64,000 nt of DNA from Blepharisma stoltei ATCC 30299 (taxonomy: Eukaryota > Protista > Ciliophora), in NCBI GenBank assembly GCA_965603825.1, contig CBFDEM010000045.1:310001-374000 (forward strand), given 5' to 3'. Below, in pieces: positions 1 to 12,899 of the stretch; within the stretch, counting starts at the first letter, position 1; every line of letters begins with the position of its first letter. The position numbers were made by a program, and so were the translations under genes. Below the pieces are notes generated by a model. The model saw only the letters and a list, made by a program, of their open reading frames with translations, ran no database searches and was not told the origin of the DNA.

Positions 1-115
1 TTTGCAAGTTTGAGTGTAAGCATTACAATTTTCTTTTAAATTTCTCCTGCGACAGATATCAATTGAGAAGAAGACGATTTCTGCTATGCCCCCTATTTGA
101 GCATATCTCAAACGC

Positions 116-289
116 TTAAACTGTTTTATAAGCTGAGCTGATTATCAATTGATATGAAATTGATTTTTTAATAAGATCATCACTTACAGTTTCTGATATG
201 CTTGGATCTTTTTCTAGCTCCCGCTTTATTACATTTCTGATGCTGATCCTTCTTTGTTCAAATATACAATTTTTTTGACTTGAACCCAT
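116..289 (-). CDS. Possible small hypothetical protein (57 aa, MGSSQKNC...)
   Basis: ATG at 289 to TAA at 116 with an MG-start. No recognisable motif, may be spurious. Confidence 0.2.
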   Translation of the reverse strand: MGSSQKNCIFEQRRISIRNVIKRELEKDPSISETVSDDLIKKSISYQLIISSAYKTV

Positions 290-447
290 TAAATTTTCAT
301 TAAGCTGTAAAAATTATTTAATCTTTAAACTTTTATAATAAATAATTATAAATTATGGGATCCTAAAGCTATTGCAATTTGTATATTAGAATCTGTTCGA
401 AAAATTTTTAAAAAATACAATTATATGAAAGACTAATTAATTATTAT

Positions 448-804
448 TTAAGAGTAGCTTGAAAAACGCTTATGCTTAGGCGTTTCCTCTTCTCATGAGG
501 ATAAATCTTGGTCTACTAAATATTCTTTGATTTCATCATCTTTCTTATATTTATAAGTTGAAATCATATTCATAGGTGTGTAAGGAGAATAACTTCTATC
601 ATTTTGCTTTGATACGCTTCTAGCTGATATTGGAGTTAGAGATGATCTCTTGAACCCATAGCGAATATTTTCTTGTGCTGTTCTTTTTGAACTATCTGGG
701 GAAATAGATGCCCTATGCTTCTGAAATTGTTCTTGTTTAAAAAACGAGTCAAATCCTCCAATATGAATAACCTTTGATGGATGTCTGATTTTCCAGCCTC
801 TCAT
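448..804 (-). CDS. Hypothetical protein (true start probably further upstream, up to ~1023)
   Basis: Track ORF 493-804 extends through TGA=Trp to TAA at 448. The frame also stays open upstream through TGA codons to ~1046. Start unresolved. Confidence 0.45.
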
Positions 805-1138
805 ATATCATTTCCCATTTGTTCCAATTTTAGGTGTTTGCTGGGAAGTTCCAATTCTTGGAATATTTTTAAAATCAACGTCAAAGGGATTCAATTTTTT
901 AGCAGGTTCTCGCTTCAGCTGATTTTTTTGAAAACTTGAATTTCATTTGAAGTCTACAATATTAATTTTCGTAACAGCATTAACTTGGAAGCATTTTTTG
1001 TGACTGATTTCAATTGAAACCATATTTCTCTAAAAACTCAAACGCCTTAAATTACACAAAAATGAGTTAAAATATAGTTAGGTCTAATTAAAAAGGTTAA
1101 AAAAATATAATGAGCATACAACGGCTTTCCTGAATATT

Positions 1139-1741
1139 TTAAACCAAATATTTAAAAACTGCAAGAGGGATCAAAATAGCTATAAATACCAAAACACATA
1201 TCAATGTGCATTTCAGAATTCTGATTTTAGTTCCTTGGCTTTCCCTTGCCTGGCTAAGCTCCTGCATGCCTTCATTGACATTATTATTTGCGACATCTAT
1301 ATTAGAAGCAACTACATTTAACGAGTGGTCTTGCAAGCTAGCAAGTCCAGAGGCTTCTTTCATTAGTTCGCTAACTGCCATCATTTTAAGCTCAATAGCA
1401 CTAACCTGTTTATTCCTTTCTTCTAGTATTGGCCTATTAAAATCATCTCTTACTAGAGCATCTTGGTATTGGAAAGGTTGTGTCCTTCGTGATAATTCTT
1501 GATATTCTTTTGTAAGTTCTAAATAATTTTGTTCTTTTCGCTTGAATTCTAGATTTGATGAAACATTTATGTAATTTAATTTTTCCAGCTTTGATCTGAT
1601 TGTTTCCATCATTTCTTTTTGCGATTTTTGTGTCATTTTGGCTGAGCCAAAATTAAGGACCGAGAGATCTTCTTTAATTTCAGCGCTTAATTGGTCAACA
1701 GAACTACCCAGCAAAGGCTCTTTATATGATGATTCTTTCAT
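1139..1741 (-). CDS. Syntaxin-like Q-SNARE
   Basis: SNARE heptads (ERNKQVSAIE...LQDHSLNVVASNIDVANNNVNEGMQEL) followed by a C-terminal transmembrane helix. Confidence 0.8.
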   Translation of the reverse strand: MKESSYKEPLLGSSVDQLSAEIKEDLSVLNFGSAKMTQKSQKEMMETIRSKLEKLNYINVSSNLEFKRKEQNYLELTKEYQELSRRTQPFQYQDALVRDDFNRPILEERNKQVSAIELKMMAVSELMKEASGLASLQDHSLNVVASNIDVANNNVNEGMQELSQARESQGTKIRILKCTLICVLVFIAILIPLAVFKYLV

Positions 1742-1774
1742 TTTCTTATAAATTATGATTATTTATTAACTTTT

Positions 1775-2290
1775 CTAATGTAGTAGTCCTTTATGAGGAA
1801 TATATCGAAAAGAAATAACAGCAAATATAAAGATAGCAAGGAATAAAACTGATCCAAAAGAATTCTTTGGCATGAAAGTCCCAAGCATAATATATCCAAG
1901 CATAAGAGAAAACAGAATAAAAGGAGTATACCATCCCCAGATAGGCCAAAATGCAATATGTGCACACAAGTAGCAGAATCCTCCTATGGCAGATGCAAGT
2001 GGGATAAGTCTTGGAGCAGTAACTTCAATATCTTCATGAGAAGGTAAGATAAAGGAGACATATAATGTCATAGCAGTCATAATCCCAAAAGTCATCATAG
2101 TTAAAGAAAAAAACAGCTGATTCACTTTTGTGCTTTCCCAAATGACGAGAAAGAAGTTCGAATAATAAAGCACGACGACTGCTAATACAATTCATGCAGC
2201 TGCATGCAATCTATTTGTAAGGTAATTAAATCTGTCCACCCACATTCGCTTCCTTGCTTCTCTTGCGTCCCACCATTCTTGACTTTTCAT
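1775..2290 (-). CDS. TMEM128-like multi-pass membrane protein
   Basis: Extended to ATG 2290 through TGA=Trp (LHAAAWIV). Motifs PRLIPLA...HIAFWPIWGWYTPFILF resemble TMEM128. Confidence 0.65.
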
Positions 2291-2550
2291 AATTAATTTA
2301 TCTAAAAACACACATGTTTCAGTAATTTTTAAAAACATAAAAAATGCAATAATAAAAATAATAATTATTATTACGCAACCTATATATTTTATATTAAATT
2401 ATCATGAATCGATATCTTGGATTTATTTTATTTTGTCAAAGCATATATTTTCCTAATAAGAATTTTATTTATCTCAAGCTGCAAAAAATATATTAAATAT
2501 TTATAAGTGTGAGCCCAAACATTAATTAATTATTTCATTGAATAATTCCT

Positions 2551-3741
2551 ATGAGCCAAATTTACAAAGATGGAGCTAAGGTACTCAAGCTAATTAAAAC
2601 AAAGAACATCGGATTAAAAGGAGCTTGCTTTAAATTAAAAAGAAACGTTAGGCCAATCTATGCACTCATAAACAAAATTTTACCTGTACGCAAAAAGCTT
2701 GAAAATGAAATTCAAAAGAAGTGAAAAGATTGTGAAGATATTGAACTCGCAAGTCTTATGCTTTTTGATTATTGGAAATCAGGGAAAATTAGTGGTGGAG
2801 GAGCAGTTAAACACAAAATCATGGAAAAATTTAAGCCCTCGAAATTTTTAGCGAAAAATCTGAAGAAGCAAAAGAGATGAGTTATCATAAACCAATTTAA
2901 AAAGCCAAAAAACACAAAAATCCTAGGAAAACAAGACGAAATCATTCCTGATTTGTATTGCATAGAAGACTCAGCAGAAATAGCTAAAATGATTAAAAAT
3001 TCAGAGATAATTTCACAAGAAAAAGCCAGCTGCATGCCAGTCGCAAGTCTTCGCTTAAAGAAAGGAAATTGAAATGCCATAGACGCTTGTGCAGCTCCTG
3101 GCAATAAAACTCTACAATTGGCTGGAAGAATGAAAAAATTATCGACTGGGAAAATTTATGCTTATGAGTTGAATCCAAACCGCTTCGGTCTTCTTAGAAG
3201 AAGGATAAAAGAGTATAGGGCTGATAACGTAAAAGCTATAAATGGGGATTATCTAAAAGCAGAAATCCCCAAAAACGTAAAAGTTGCAATAGTAGATCCA
3301 TCCTGCTCTGGGTCTGGCATTATTTCTCACCAATTAATCGACAATGGAAAAATAACAGTGCAGCCTGATTTAGTGACAGAGCGTCTAAAAAGTTTATCAT
3401 ATTTCCAAGAAAAAGTCCTCACCAAAACTCTTAACATTCCAGGGATCCAACAAGTTCTATACTCGACTTGTTCAGTACACAAAATTGAAGATGAAAATGT
3501 TGTCCATAACGTTTTATCATCATTTTGAAGGAAGTTTAAGCTTGTCAAAGCTCTTCCAAAATGAAAAAGAAGAGGATTTGGAGACTATGGTGAATTAATG
3601 GTAAGAGTTAACCCTTTAGAGGACAAAACCCAAGGGTTTTTTGTTGCGCTTATCAAGAGAAGAAGTCTGAGACTCGGCCATCACATTATCAAAAGAACTC
3701 ACAGATATTGGTCCAAGAAAAAACACATAAAGTTTAATTAG
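2551..3741 (+). CDS. NSUN5: NSUN5/Rcm1 rRNA cytosine-C5 methyltransferase
   Basis: Single ORF with several TGA=Trp. Motifs QEKASCMPV, IDACAAPGNKT, VDPSCSGSG, YSTCS, GFFVA. Confidence 0.88.
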
Positions 3742-3791
3742 AAATTTATTAATTTCAAACCAAAATATGTCTGTTATAGAAATTGATTTCC

Positions 3792-4190
3792 ATGCAGCAT
3801 GGACAAATAGATGGAAGAGTCGTCAGGACCGTTAGAAACCTCAAAAGGATGAACACTGGTAGCTCATTATCAGATTCCCCATCCACAAGAACAAGCACTC
3901 CAGGCCCCGATACACAGATTTTAGACGTCATTTCGAACCGTGAAGAAATTAAACAGTTCCTCCTTTCCTATGAACTTTCCCCAGAAACATTTTACAATAT
4001 AACCCGAAATGATGAAAAAATCATAAGGGACATCTTAATGGAGCCTGTATTAAGTGATACTATCATGATCCGCATACAGGAAAAAGTTGAAGAGTACCAA
4101 TCCCTTCAGCAGATTGAACAAGCTAAAATTAGCATGTCGGCGAAAATAAAAGAGCGCATTGAAAGTCTCCAGAGGCGACTGAATGAATAA
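3792..4190 (+). CDS. Hypothetical protein with C-terminal coiled coil
   Basis: Open frame from first in-frame ATG to TAA. No family recognised. Confidence 0.55.
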   Translation: MQHGQIDGRVVRTVRNLKRMNTGSSLSDSPSTRTSTPGPDTQILDVISNREEIKQFLLSYELSPETFYNITRNDEKIIRDILMEPVLSDTIMIRIQEKVEEYQSLQQIEQAKISMSAKIKERIESLQRRLNE

Positions 4191-4212
4191 AATTTTATTA
4201 TGTGATTAACAA

Positions 4213-4620
4213 TTAATTGTCTTGCTTTTTCTTGAAGTCTGTTATCGCTGCCTTCACAGCGTCCTCCGCTAGCATAGAACAATGGAGCTTGATGGGAGGC
4301 AAGTGCAAGTATGAAGCGATGTCAGAATTTTTCAATTGCATGGCATCGTTCAGGTCTAGGCCTTTAATGTACTCTGTGGCGTAGGAACTACTGGCTATGG
4401 CAGAAGCACATCCAAAGGTCTTGAACACTGCTTCTTTGATCTTCCCGTCTTCAACTTTTATTTGCAACTTCATCACATCTCCGCAGGCAGGTGCTCCGAC
4501 AACACCTGTCCCGACAGATTTGTCACCTTTGTCAAGAGAGCCAACGTTTTTAGGCTGCTCGTAGTATTCAATCACTTTTGGGTGGTATGCGCGCTTGATC
4601 AAGCTAAGTGCCTTCAGCAT
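4213..4620 (-). CDS. ISCU: Mitochondrial Fe-S cluster scaffold IscU/Isu1
   Basis: YHPKVIEYYEQPKNVGS, GAPACGDVMKLQI, FKTFGC, LPPIKLHCSMLAEDA. Confidence 0.97.
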   Translation of the reverse strand: MLKALSLIKRAYHPKVIEYYEQPKNVGSLDKGDKSVGTGVVGAPACGDVMKLQIKVEDGKIKEAVFKTFGCASAIASSSYATEYIKGLDLNDAMQLKNSDIASYLHLPPIKLHCSMLAEDAVKAAITDFKKKQDN

Positions 4621-4851
4621 ATTTAATGTAAACTAACAAAGAATAATGGCGAAATTCTAATACTAGTGATAGCCATTCATTATACAATTAAAGTTATATT
4701 AAATTTGATCATGAACATTTGAAAGAGCGAGAAGGTGGGGAATATTTTTGGATTATTGTGAAAGTCCACCTATTGAAAGCCCTTAGAGAATTTTTTATTT
4801 TGAAAATTAAGAGGAAGACTGAAATTATATATAAAAACTCTTAATAATACA

Positions 4852-7579
4852 TTATTTGTATTTTTTAGTCAAATTGATATCTGAATGATAGCTGAATGCA
4901 GACAGCGGCATAGGATCATATGGGTTTTCTTTTCGGATGTCCAAAGGTCTCATCCCATTTTTAAATTTTTGCACTTGGATTTCTTCCCTTCTTGACAAAC
5001 TTCTTACCCCTTTTCTGGATGGTGGTTTTTTGAAAAAATTTGCTGATGTAATTTTAAAATAATCATTTGGCGAGTCTGGAAGTTTTGCCTTTGTACTTAG
5101 CGTTTTAAGATAATCAAAATCCCTGTCATCACTAATTTCATGCAAATTTCTCTTCGGCTGCCTGAAGAAATCATTTGCTTTCATAGTCTGCTTGTCCCAA
5201 GATTGCACTATATAAAAATTACATAAATTGTAAATGCTGTCTAAGTTATGCTCCAAAACTTCTTGTATTGGCTTTCTCTCTATAATAGTAACTGGTCTTA
5301 AAGGATTAATTCTGGGCAGATGAGAACATTGCTTTGGTCTCGGCACAGAACTAGTTTGATGCTTTTTAGGAGATCTTGAAGTTCTTTTGGTGTTTTTCCT
5401 TCTTTTTAGCCTGATTTCGTTAGAAAGATCCCTCTTTGTCTCCTCATTTTCATTTTCTGATTGAGAAGAATCAGAGCTGCTTACTTCATCTATTTTCCAA
5501 AGTTGTTCAATGTCCATCAATGATTCATTTCCTTCAATTACTTTTAATGCTTCGTCTAGGTGGAAGTCTTCTTCAATTTCCTCAATATTTTCAATATTTT
5601 CTTCTTCATTTTCAGTGTCTGAGCTATCTTTTTCATCACTTGATTCTAGCTCCTTTAAGCTCTTATTAATTTTTCGCTGGGAGAAGTGGAAAGGCTGAGG
5701 CTTTTTTCTGAATTTGTTTAAAATTGTTTGTATTTTTTTCTTGAAAAGAAGAGGATTGCAGTATATTAGGCAGACTTTGCAGGTATCTGCACCAAGGTTT
5801 TTAAGATGCTGGCGGTCCATATGTGCATCTCCTTCAGGCTCATTTTCTTCAGGCTCTCTATTTTCTAGTCGAGCTCGGTGACTTGGGCCATAGAAAGAGC
5901 TTTCTAATGTATAGCTATTTAATAAATGTAACTCTTTAAAAAGAACAATTCGTGATGTCGACTCTTTACTTTTCTCCATCCTGAATTTAGAATCTTTAAA
6001 TGAAAAAATTTTATTTTTTTCTGAAAGCAACAAAGGAACGAGCTTTATAAGTACATTAGTTTTGCGGTCCTCCATTTCTTTGCCTTGACTACAACAGCAA
6101 TACATAAATACATTTTTTTTCATTGAGTGACCATGCATATCTAAATAAAGCACCAATTCATGATCTTCAGAAAACATCTTGATAAACCTCTTCGCATAAT
6201 AAATAGTAGGATGCAAATGCTTATTGGGAAATTGCCATCTCCTATTTAAATCCACTCCTAACAGAGAAGTCCTATAGTTCCCATAAATAACTCCATCAGG
6301 GTTCAGCATTGGGATAATTCTGAAAATAAAATTTTCCCTCAAAATTTTTGCTTCTTTTGAGTTTCCTAACAAAAATTCAATAGCTCCTTGCATCATATAA
6401 GACGAATTTGTTTCCCCTGGGTGGACTCTTGCAGTAAAGACGATTCCTTTTTTCTTGCTATGCTCATTCTCTTTCTAATTATAACGTACCTTCAGATTTT
6501 GATTGCCTGAACTTTACATTTCTATTTCTTTGGATTTTTCTTCACGCAGCACTCCTGGTAAGTTTTTCATACTCAAATTCCCAAGGTGTATACGTATTTG
6601 CAGAGCTCGTGATTGTCAATATATAACAATTATTTCCTGCTAATGTTTGACATAGAGTATCGACTCTTAAAATATCAGAATTTTCTTGACTCTTGGTTAA
6701 AAAATTTTGAAGGTCTGTATAAGTATAAGGAAAACAATGAGCGAAAAATACAGTGTCATCTTCATATAGGAATTCATATGAAAATGATAAGCTGAAGTAG
6801 CATTCTTTTTTGGCAGAATCATTTCTTGTGATATTATTTCGGTAATATGAAATATTTTCACCTGCGCGATGCCAGTCGATCCCAGTTAATTCACATAGCT
6901 TTTTGGAATATACCAAGGGCTTCATTCCGTCATTATAAAGTGAGTCATACTTCAGTAAATTAACAATATTTAAAGTGACTTTGTGTCTCGGCATATACGT
7001 TTTTACCGAAAAATAAAATCATTGGGTGTGCCCACTTGTATTAAAATCAAAGTCCAAGTAGAGATTATATTCATTTTCAGACAGCTTTATAGCTTTGCCA
7101 AGGTTGCCACTCTCAAATTTTGAGTCGAAAATTAAAACATTTTTTGTTGGAGCTACCAAAGTGTATTCAGAGCTCAAAAACTTTTTGGGACTTAGAAATG
7201 AAAGTTTTTTATATTGGGATTTATCTACATTAACTTTACCGTTCTCTGAGGCTGTTTCTATTTCTCGCTGTATAGATGTCGGAATAACTCGAGTTTGTTG
7301 GGAGCCAGCTTCATAAATCTCGCCAGATTTATGAGCGTGTGAATCATATACAATGACCCCTCCGCCTTCATATCTGAATAATAACGAATTGCTTTTCTCT
7401 ACCAAGACGTCAGATCTCGCAAGAGAATTATTTAGACCAAAATCTTTAAAATACATCGACAACTCCTCACTGTTTGATTCTTTCGTAAAGTTTTCTGTCA
7501 ATTCTTGGTTTAAATAAAATGTGTCTGAGTCTTGCACTGAAAAAGACGAGTCAAAACTCTCTGAAGCGATTGCATTCAT
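4852..7579 (-). CDS. Cytosolic carboxypeptidase (M14D, CCP1/Nna1-like tubulin deglutamylase)
   Basis: FESGNL, HTQW(TGA)FYF, FPYTY, ARVHPGE, PMLNPDGVIYGNYR, DLNRRW, DMHGHS, YTLE. Three track ORFs join via TGA=Trp and a tiny intron near 6471-6490 (see finding on its frame problem). Confidence 0.9.
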
Positions 7580-7853
7580 TATTGTAATTTAAATATGAAT
7601 TTAACATGGATTCAGAATTATTTACAGGAATTTTTTGTAAATTCCAAAACTTCTATGGAAAGCCATAGGCAGTTTTTGAATTTTTTATAAGCGAATTTTT
7701 AGAGAACTCATGCTGGAGAAAATTCATTATTTGATTTATTATAAATTGGTGGTTTATTATATAAGAGTGATCTGATAGAGCATTTAAGCAACCACTAAAA
7801 AGCAATTATTATTAACTTAAAAAATTAAGATTTTTATTTTACAATATTAAAAT

Positions 7854-8531
7854 ATGTCTTCTATATCATGCTTTTCAATACTTCTGTGCAGGAGAAAGAA
7901 AAGTAAAGATGAAAGCCGCAAAAAGCAAATCAGAGAGGCCAAAAGCATTGATACTAATTCTCCGAGGCTCAGCTATCATTCAAAATTGAATACTTTTGCG
8001 GACCAGGCGCCCAAATTAAGGCTTTCTTTTCCTCGTAAAGATTCATTTCATAGCGTCTCTTTAGCTCCTCATAGATCATCGATAGTTGTAAAAAGTTCAG
8101 AGAAATTCCTTCCATTAATTCAAAGTCAGGAAAGAAGCGAAACCACCAACGCCGAATTTACAAATCACACAGATCATCATAGGCTATCTACTACTGAGTT
8201 ACCCATAGATGCCTTATCGTACAGTCAGAGGCCAAAGAACCCGCTCCTCTCCAAACTGAATTCAGTTACTTGGTCTAAAAGGTACAGTAAAGAAAATCCT
8301 TTGGGGAATTTTAATACACCATTCACGTCAAACTCCGTAACACATAGACCAAAAATTGTTCCAATCACACCTGAAAATATCTTAAGAAGAAAAATTTTTC
8401 CAAAAATTGTAAATGAGTCGTTCAGGAAAAATACTCATCCAGATAACGAAAATTCTGACAAAAAATTCAATTTTGATACAAATATTGATGAATTTGACGG
8501 AGAAAGTTCAAACAGTCTGGTTAATTTATAA
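7854..8531 (+). CDS. Hypothetical Ser/basic low-complexity protein
   Basis: 225-codon ATG-TAA ORF. No family recognised. Confidence 0.6.
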   Translation: MSSISCFSILLCRRKKSKDESRKKQIREAKSIDTNSPRLSYHSKLNTFADQAPKLRLSFPRKDSFHSVSLAPHRSSIVVKSSEKFLPLIQSQERSETTNAEFTNHTDHHRLSTTELPIDALSYSQRPKNPLLSKLNSVTWSKRYSKENPLGNFNTPFTSNSVTHRPKIVPITPENILRRKIFPKIVNESFRKNTHPDNENSDKKFNFDTNIDEFDGESSNSLVNL

Positions 8532-8875
8532 ATTTGCCTGTAAATTGACTAATCATATTTATGATTTATTTTTTTATTATTTGCTAGTATATAATTCTCA
8601 ATTAAAATAGACGAAATAAAAAATTCACAAATAAATTTCTCCATATTTTCATAAAACAATGAGCATTTTAGGAATTCACAAAGTTAATTTCTCTATAATA
8701 AAATTAAAGCATTCGTCTAAAAAATATATTATTCATAAAGCAATTAGTTAATATTTGTTAATCTTTACCTTATATGCTTGTTTCATCCTTTAATGGGCTG
8801 CCATAATTTTCCAAAAATTTTTAATAGCATGGTCGCACATTACATAAGAAGATTGCCTTATTGATTGGTTATATA

Positions 8876-9715
8876 ATGAAAACATTATTTGAGGGTAAAA
8901 TCACACTAGAAGGCTCCCACACTCCTGATAATAATTCCTTGACTGATAATTTACTATTTAATCAAAGGAATGATTATTTTTTTAACGAAAATTATAACAC
9001 AAACCCACATGGATTTTCTTTAGATATTTTAACATGTGCTCAAGAAATAAAAAAGCCATGTACTGCCTTCAGATTATTAAGTTTTGATAACGAAAAAACA
9101 TCAAACCTAGAGCCTTTTCAAGATAATTTTTCCAATCAAAATTTTCCGACCCTTAATTTTAATTACACAGATAAAAGCCAAGAAAAGGCTTTTAAGCTTA
9201 AGCCAAGGCAGCTTTTTGCTGATAGCATTAATCTGGATGCCAAATCAGCTTTAGCAAATGGTGAAAATTTACCAAACCCTATTGAGAGTCTTGGTAAAAA
9301 GGGTGACTGAAGCTCGCTTGACTCAAAAAACTCCGCTGGATATATAGGTAACATAAGCGAGCACTTTATGCTACCCAAAATCGTCGAGACTAATGAAAAT
9401 TTAACCAAAATCGATTACAACGAAGGAGATTCTTCTTTAACTAGTGTTGGAGATACATGTGAAGATGATATTGTGGAAACTGAAACTAAAGGAAATCAAG
9501 AAGAGCAAGAAATTAATACTCATCAGCATGAGTGCCATCCAAGTAGCCATCAATTTTCTGGTGAAAGAACCTCTCTATGGAAGAAATTCTGGAACTCTCT
9601 GAATTGCTGTGTGGATTATCAGACAGCAAACAGTCGCCAAAGATTTTATAAGTGCAAAAAATGCCATAAATCATGGTTAGAGTCAGATTTTTCTTTAGAA
9701 ATGATAATTAATTAA
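8876..9715 (+). CDS. Hypothetical protein with C-terminal Cys cluster (possible zinc ribbon)
   Basis: Track ORFs 8861-9310 and 9368-9715 are in one frame joined by TGA=Trp. C-terminus CCVDYQT...FYKCKKCHKSW. Confidence 0.6.
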
Positions 9716-9757
9716 ATGCCCCATTTTAAATTAAAAATTCACCAAAAATGCAATAAT

Positions 9758-10972
9758 TTACCTTTCATACTTATCAAAATCAATCACAACTTGTCCTTTC
9801 TTTGTCCCTAATCTCGCATTCCTCATTGATAATGGATAATATTCAGCTTCTTTTTTAATAGAACTTGTTGATAAGTTATTTCTGCTTGTAAATGAAGAGC
9901 TTGTGTTAGCTTGCTCTTTCTTTCAGCTGCTTGTACTTATAGATAGAGGGCTTTGTCCTTTATCCTCCTTGATAGTTTTTAATATTGAACCCGTTTTCTG
10001 AGCTTTATCTAATGAAGAATTAATTGACTGAGGTATGCTATTTTCATGTTCTCGATTATTTGGGATTATTTTGAATTTGCCTTTTTTTATTCCAAGTGGA
10101 GGCTTTGAAGCTGGAGAGTCTGGAGTTAGTTTTAAGTATCCATTTAGCAATTGCGGCTTATAAGAAGTTTGAGGAGAACTTGAGTGCTTAAAAGGAGACA
10201 TTTTGCTAGGTGACAAAGTTTTTTCCTCTATGTCTATTGAGGCTTTGTTTTTGGTTACAAGCGATTTATACGATCTAGATTGGGAATCATTAACAGATAT
10301 AGATGAAAAAGATGATGATCTGTCTGTTTTTGACCCTAAGTCAAATTCTTTTATTTTTTCCATAGCCATTTCATACTCATGCTTCAAGTCAATAAAATTT
10401 TTTTCAATTTCTACTGACTTTCTTTTAAAAGGCTGTTTTTCCTCTGAAATCTTTCTTGTATTATCTTCGTGTATATTTGGCTTAAGGAAACTATTTTTTC
10501 AATCATCTTTATAATAATCTTGACTTCTTATAGTGTCTTCATTGCCAGGGGAGCCCATCTCTGCTTTTATCATCATTGATTTAACGTCTCTATATTTTTG
10601 TTCAAAAATTTCTTTCATTCTAATAGCATGTTCAAGCTGAATTTTGGTGTCAGAGTCGAGCTCTGCATGGTTCAAACGATTTCTTAGCTCTTTATTTTCT
10701 TCTTCAAGTTCAGCATTTCTTGATTTCAGTTCATCCACTTGGCTTGACATCGAAATCGAATTTCTAGCTCTCTTTTCCTCTTCCAAACTGGTAACCTTCT
10801 TCTTTAAATATGAAATTTCGCTATCTTTGGCCTGTAAGAGTGCTTTTAGCTCTGAAATTTTTACTTCCATTTGGCTCACTTGTGCAACATAGAATTGATT
10901 GCTCCTTATTAGATTATCAGCCTGAGTTCTGCCTTGATAGATTCCTTGGCCTTCTTGGCTGAAACTCTTCAT
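9758..10972 (-). CDS. Coiled-coil protein with Ser-rich tail
   Basis: Two track ORFs joined by TGA=Trp (10499, 9923), ending at TAA 9758. N-terminal heptads. Confidence 0.7.
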
Positions 10973-11014
10973 AATAATTAATATTTAAATGACTTCTATT
11001 TAACTTAAAGTTAT

Positions 11015-12811
11015 TTATCTGGTCCTCAGAGCGGGGCGGAAAGTGCATTGCTTTACCTCTGCTATCGCTCTTTCTTCCCTTTCCTTGACCATTTTCAGTC
11101 TTTTCAGCTCCTGAGTCATGACCATCCTTTCATAGATATCATCAGGCAGCGATCCACGTGATTTTTCACTCAATTTTATAGACATTTCACTGATTAGTGG
11201 CTTTTTAGTTTCTTCTTGTTCAGGCTTTGCTTCCCTTTTGAGGATGTATGCCTTCTCATCAACGCTCAAAGTTTTAAGCAGTTCGTCCATGCTCTCTACA
11301 AAAGAAGCAAAATCAAGAGTGATTTTATCTTCCTCTATTTTTTCAAATAGAGGTGTCATTACTTCGCAGGCTTTATCATCCAGTCCATCAAGAGAAATCA
11401 TCCCTGCAGAGATATTCCCATCCTCATCAGAATCCAAAAGCTTAAAAATCCTTTCATACTGCTTCATTCTGAATTTATCGAAATATTTCTTGGAGTTTTT
11501 GCTTTGCTTTTGCGTTGATGAGGAAGCTTCTACAAGTTTCTCATTTTGGGCTTTAATTTCTTTGTTTATATTTTTAGCTTTTACATCTTTTAAGGAATAA
11601 AGGTGCTCCCATATAGGAGTGTCTGCGCTTCTCTACATAATTCTTACGTTAACCTTGCTATAAGTTTGAGGTGTGAATAGCTTTTGTCCAGTGCTTTCAT
11701 CATGGGTCACTACAAGACTTTTCCTTGCTTCTTCCATTTCTTCATCGAATTTTAGCTTTGAAGTGGCGAGTCGTTCAACGAATTCTTCTTTGGTCTCAAC
11801 AGTCTTTTGGCGAGGGCTTGAAACTTCTGGCTTAAAAGGGAACTGTCTAATGCTGTTCATTTCTTGCTCAAGTTTCTTTTCTTTTCGCCTAGATGCCTGG
11901 TCAAACAGTTCTTCATGAATAGACTTGCTGTAATCTCTTGGTTTTAGCTTTCTTTCTGATATGCTAGGCACAAATGAGCACTCTTTCATCTGCTCGTTTT
12001 CCACATCTGCCTTTATTTGCTCAAGATGCTCCTGATACTGTTTAGCTTTGTCAAGCAGGTAGTTTTCTAATTTTTCATTATTATTTCTTGGAGAAGCCAC
12101 TGATCCAGTCTTATTAATTGATGGCATAAATGTTAGCTCTTTTGCAGATTTTTCTTCAATTGCTTGCTTCTTTGACTCAATTTTCTGCTTTGCAGTTTCT
12201 TTCTGCTTAAGCCCTTTCAAGTAAAGCCACTCTCCATAATTTCTTTTGCCTGGGTTATTACCAGATGTTGGCAATTGACTGCTTGTTACAGAAGATGCAG
12301 TTTTTGGTCTTGCAGTTTTTGCTTGCTTGGTGAATTTTTCATAAATGCTGCCAGTCACTGTTTTTTGAGACCCAGTGTGGCTGTCAAACTTGAAGTCGTC
12401 TTTGCTTGACACAGGCTTTGGTGTCTTTTTAGGTTTTGGGTTTTGAGTTGCAGCTGTCTCCTTGGGGTTTTGTGTGCTCGAATATGAGCCAAAAAAATCA
12501 GAAATTTTCCCAGGATCTTGATTGCCTGCTGCTGCATTCTTTTCTACGAGTTCTTTATTTTGTCTGATTAATCCTGCCAAAGATTGCTGAAGTGATGGAT
12601 CAAGAGAATGCTTTTTTGCAAAATCTGAGGCAAGCTGGGTTGGATCATCATTTTCATATATGACGATTATGTCTTGTCTCCCATCTCCAATCTCTACAGT
12701 CATTACTAACAGCTCCTGGCTCTTTATTTCTTCTTGATTATTCGTTTCAGCTTCATGGTTTTCCATGTCACAACTGTTTCCTTCCACTAAAAGGTTTTCC
12801 GGCTCTTCCAT
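11015..12811 (-). CDS. EF-hand protein with repeated (E/Q)C(T/S)FxP motifs
   Basis: 15-nt intron 11633-11647 (gtaagaattatgtag) joins two ORFs in frame. EF-hand LDSDEDGNISA; repeats KELTFMP, KECSFVP, QFPFKP, KQCTFRP. Confidence 0.75.
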
Positions 12812-12899
12812 TTTTTATACAATAAAATGGTAAACCAAGTATTTTTTTTATGCATATAAAGAATATCCAGCTTAAAAAATAATTAAATAAATGATGAAT

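Noticed and set aside
954-984. 31-nt GT-AG intron that would link ATG 1023 to the 448-804 gene
   Set aside because: It restores the frame but is twice the length of every other intron here, so it is unsupported without RNA data.
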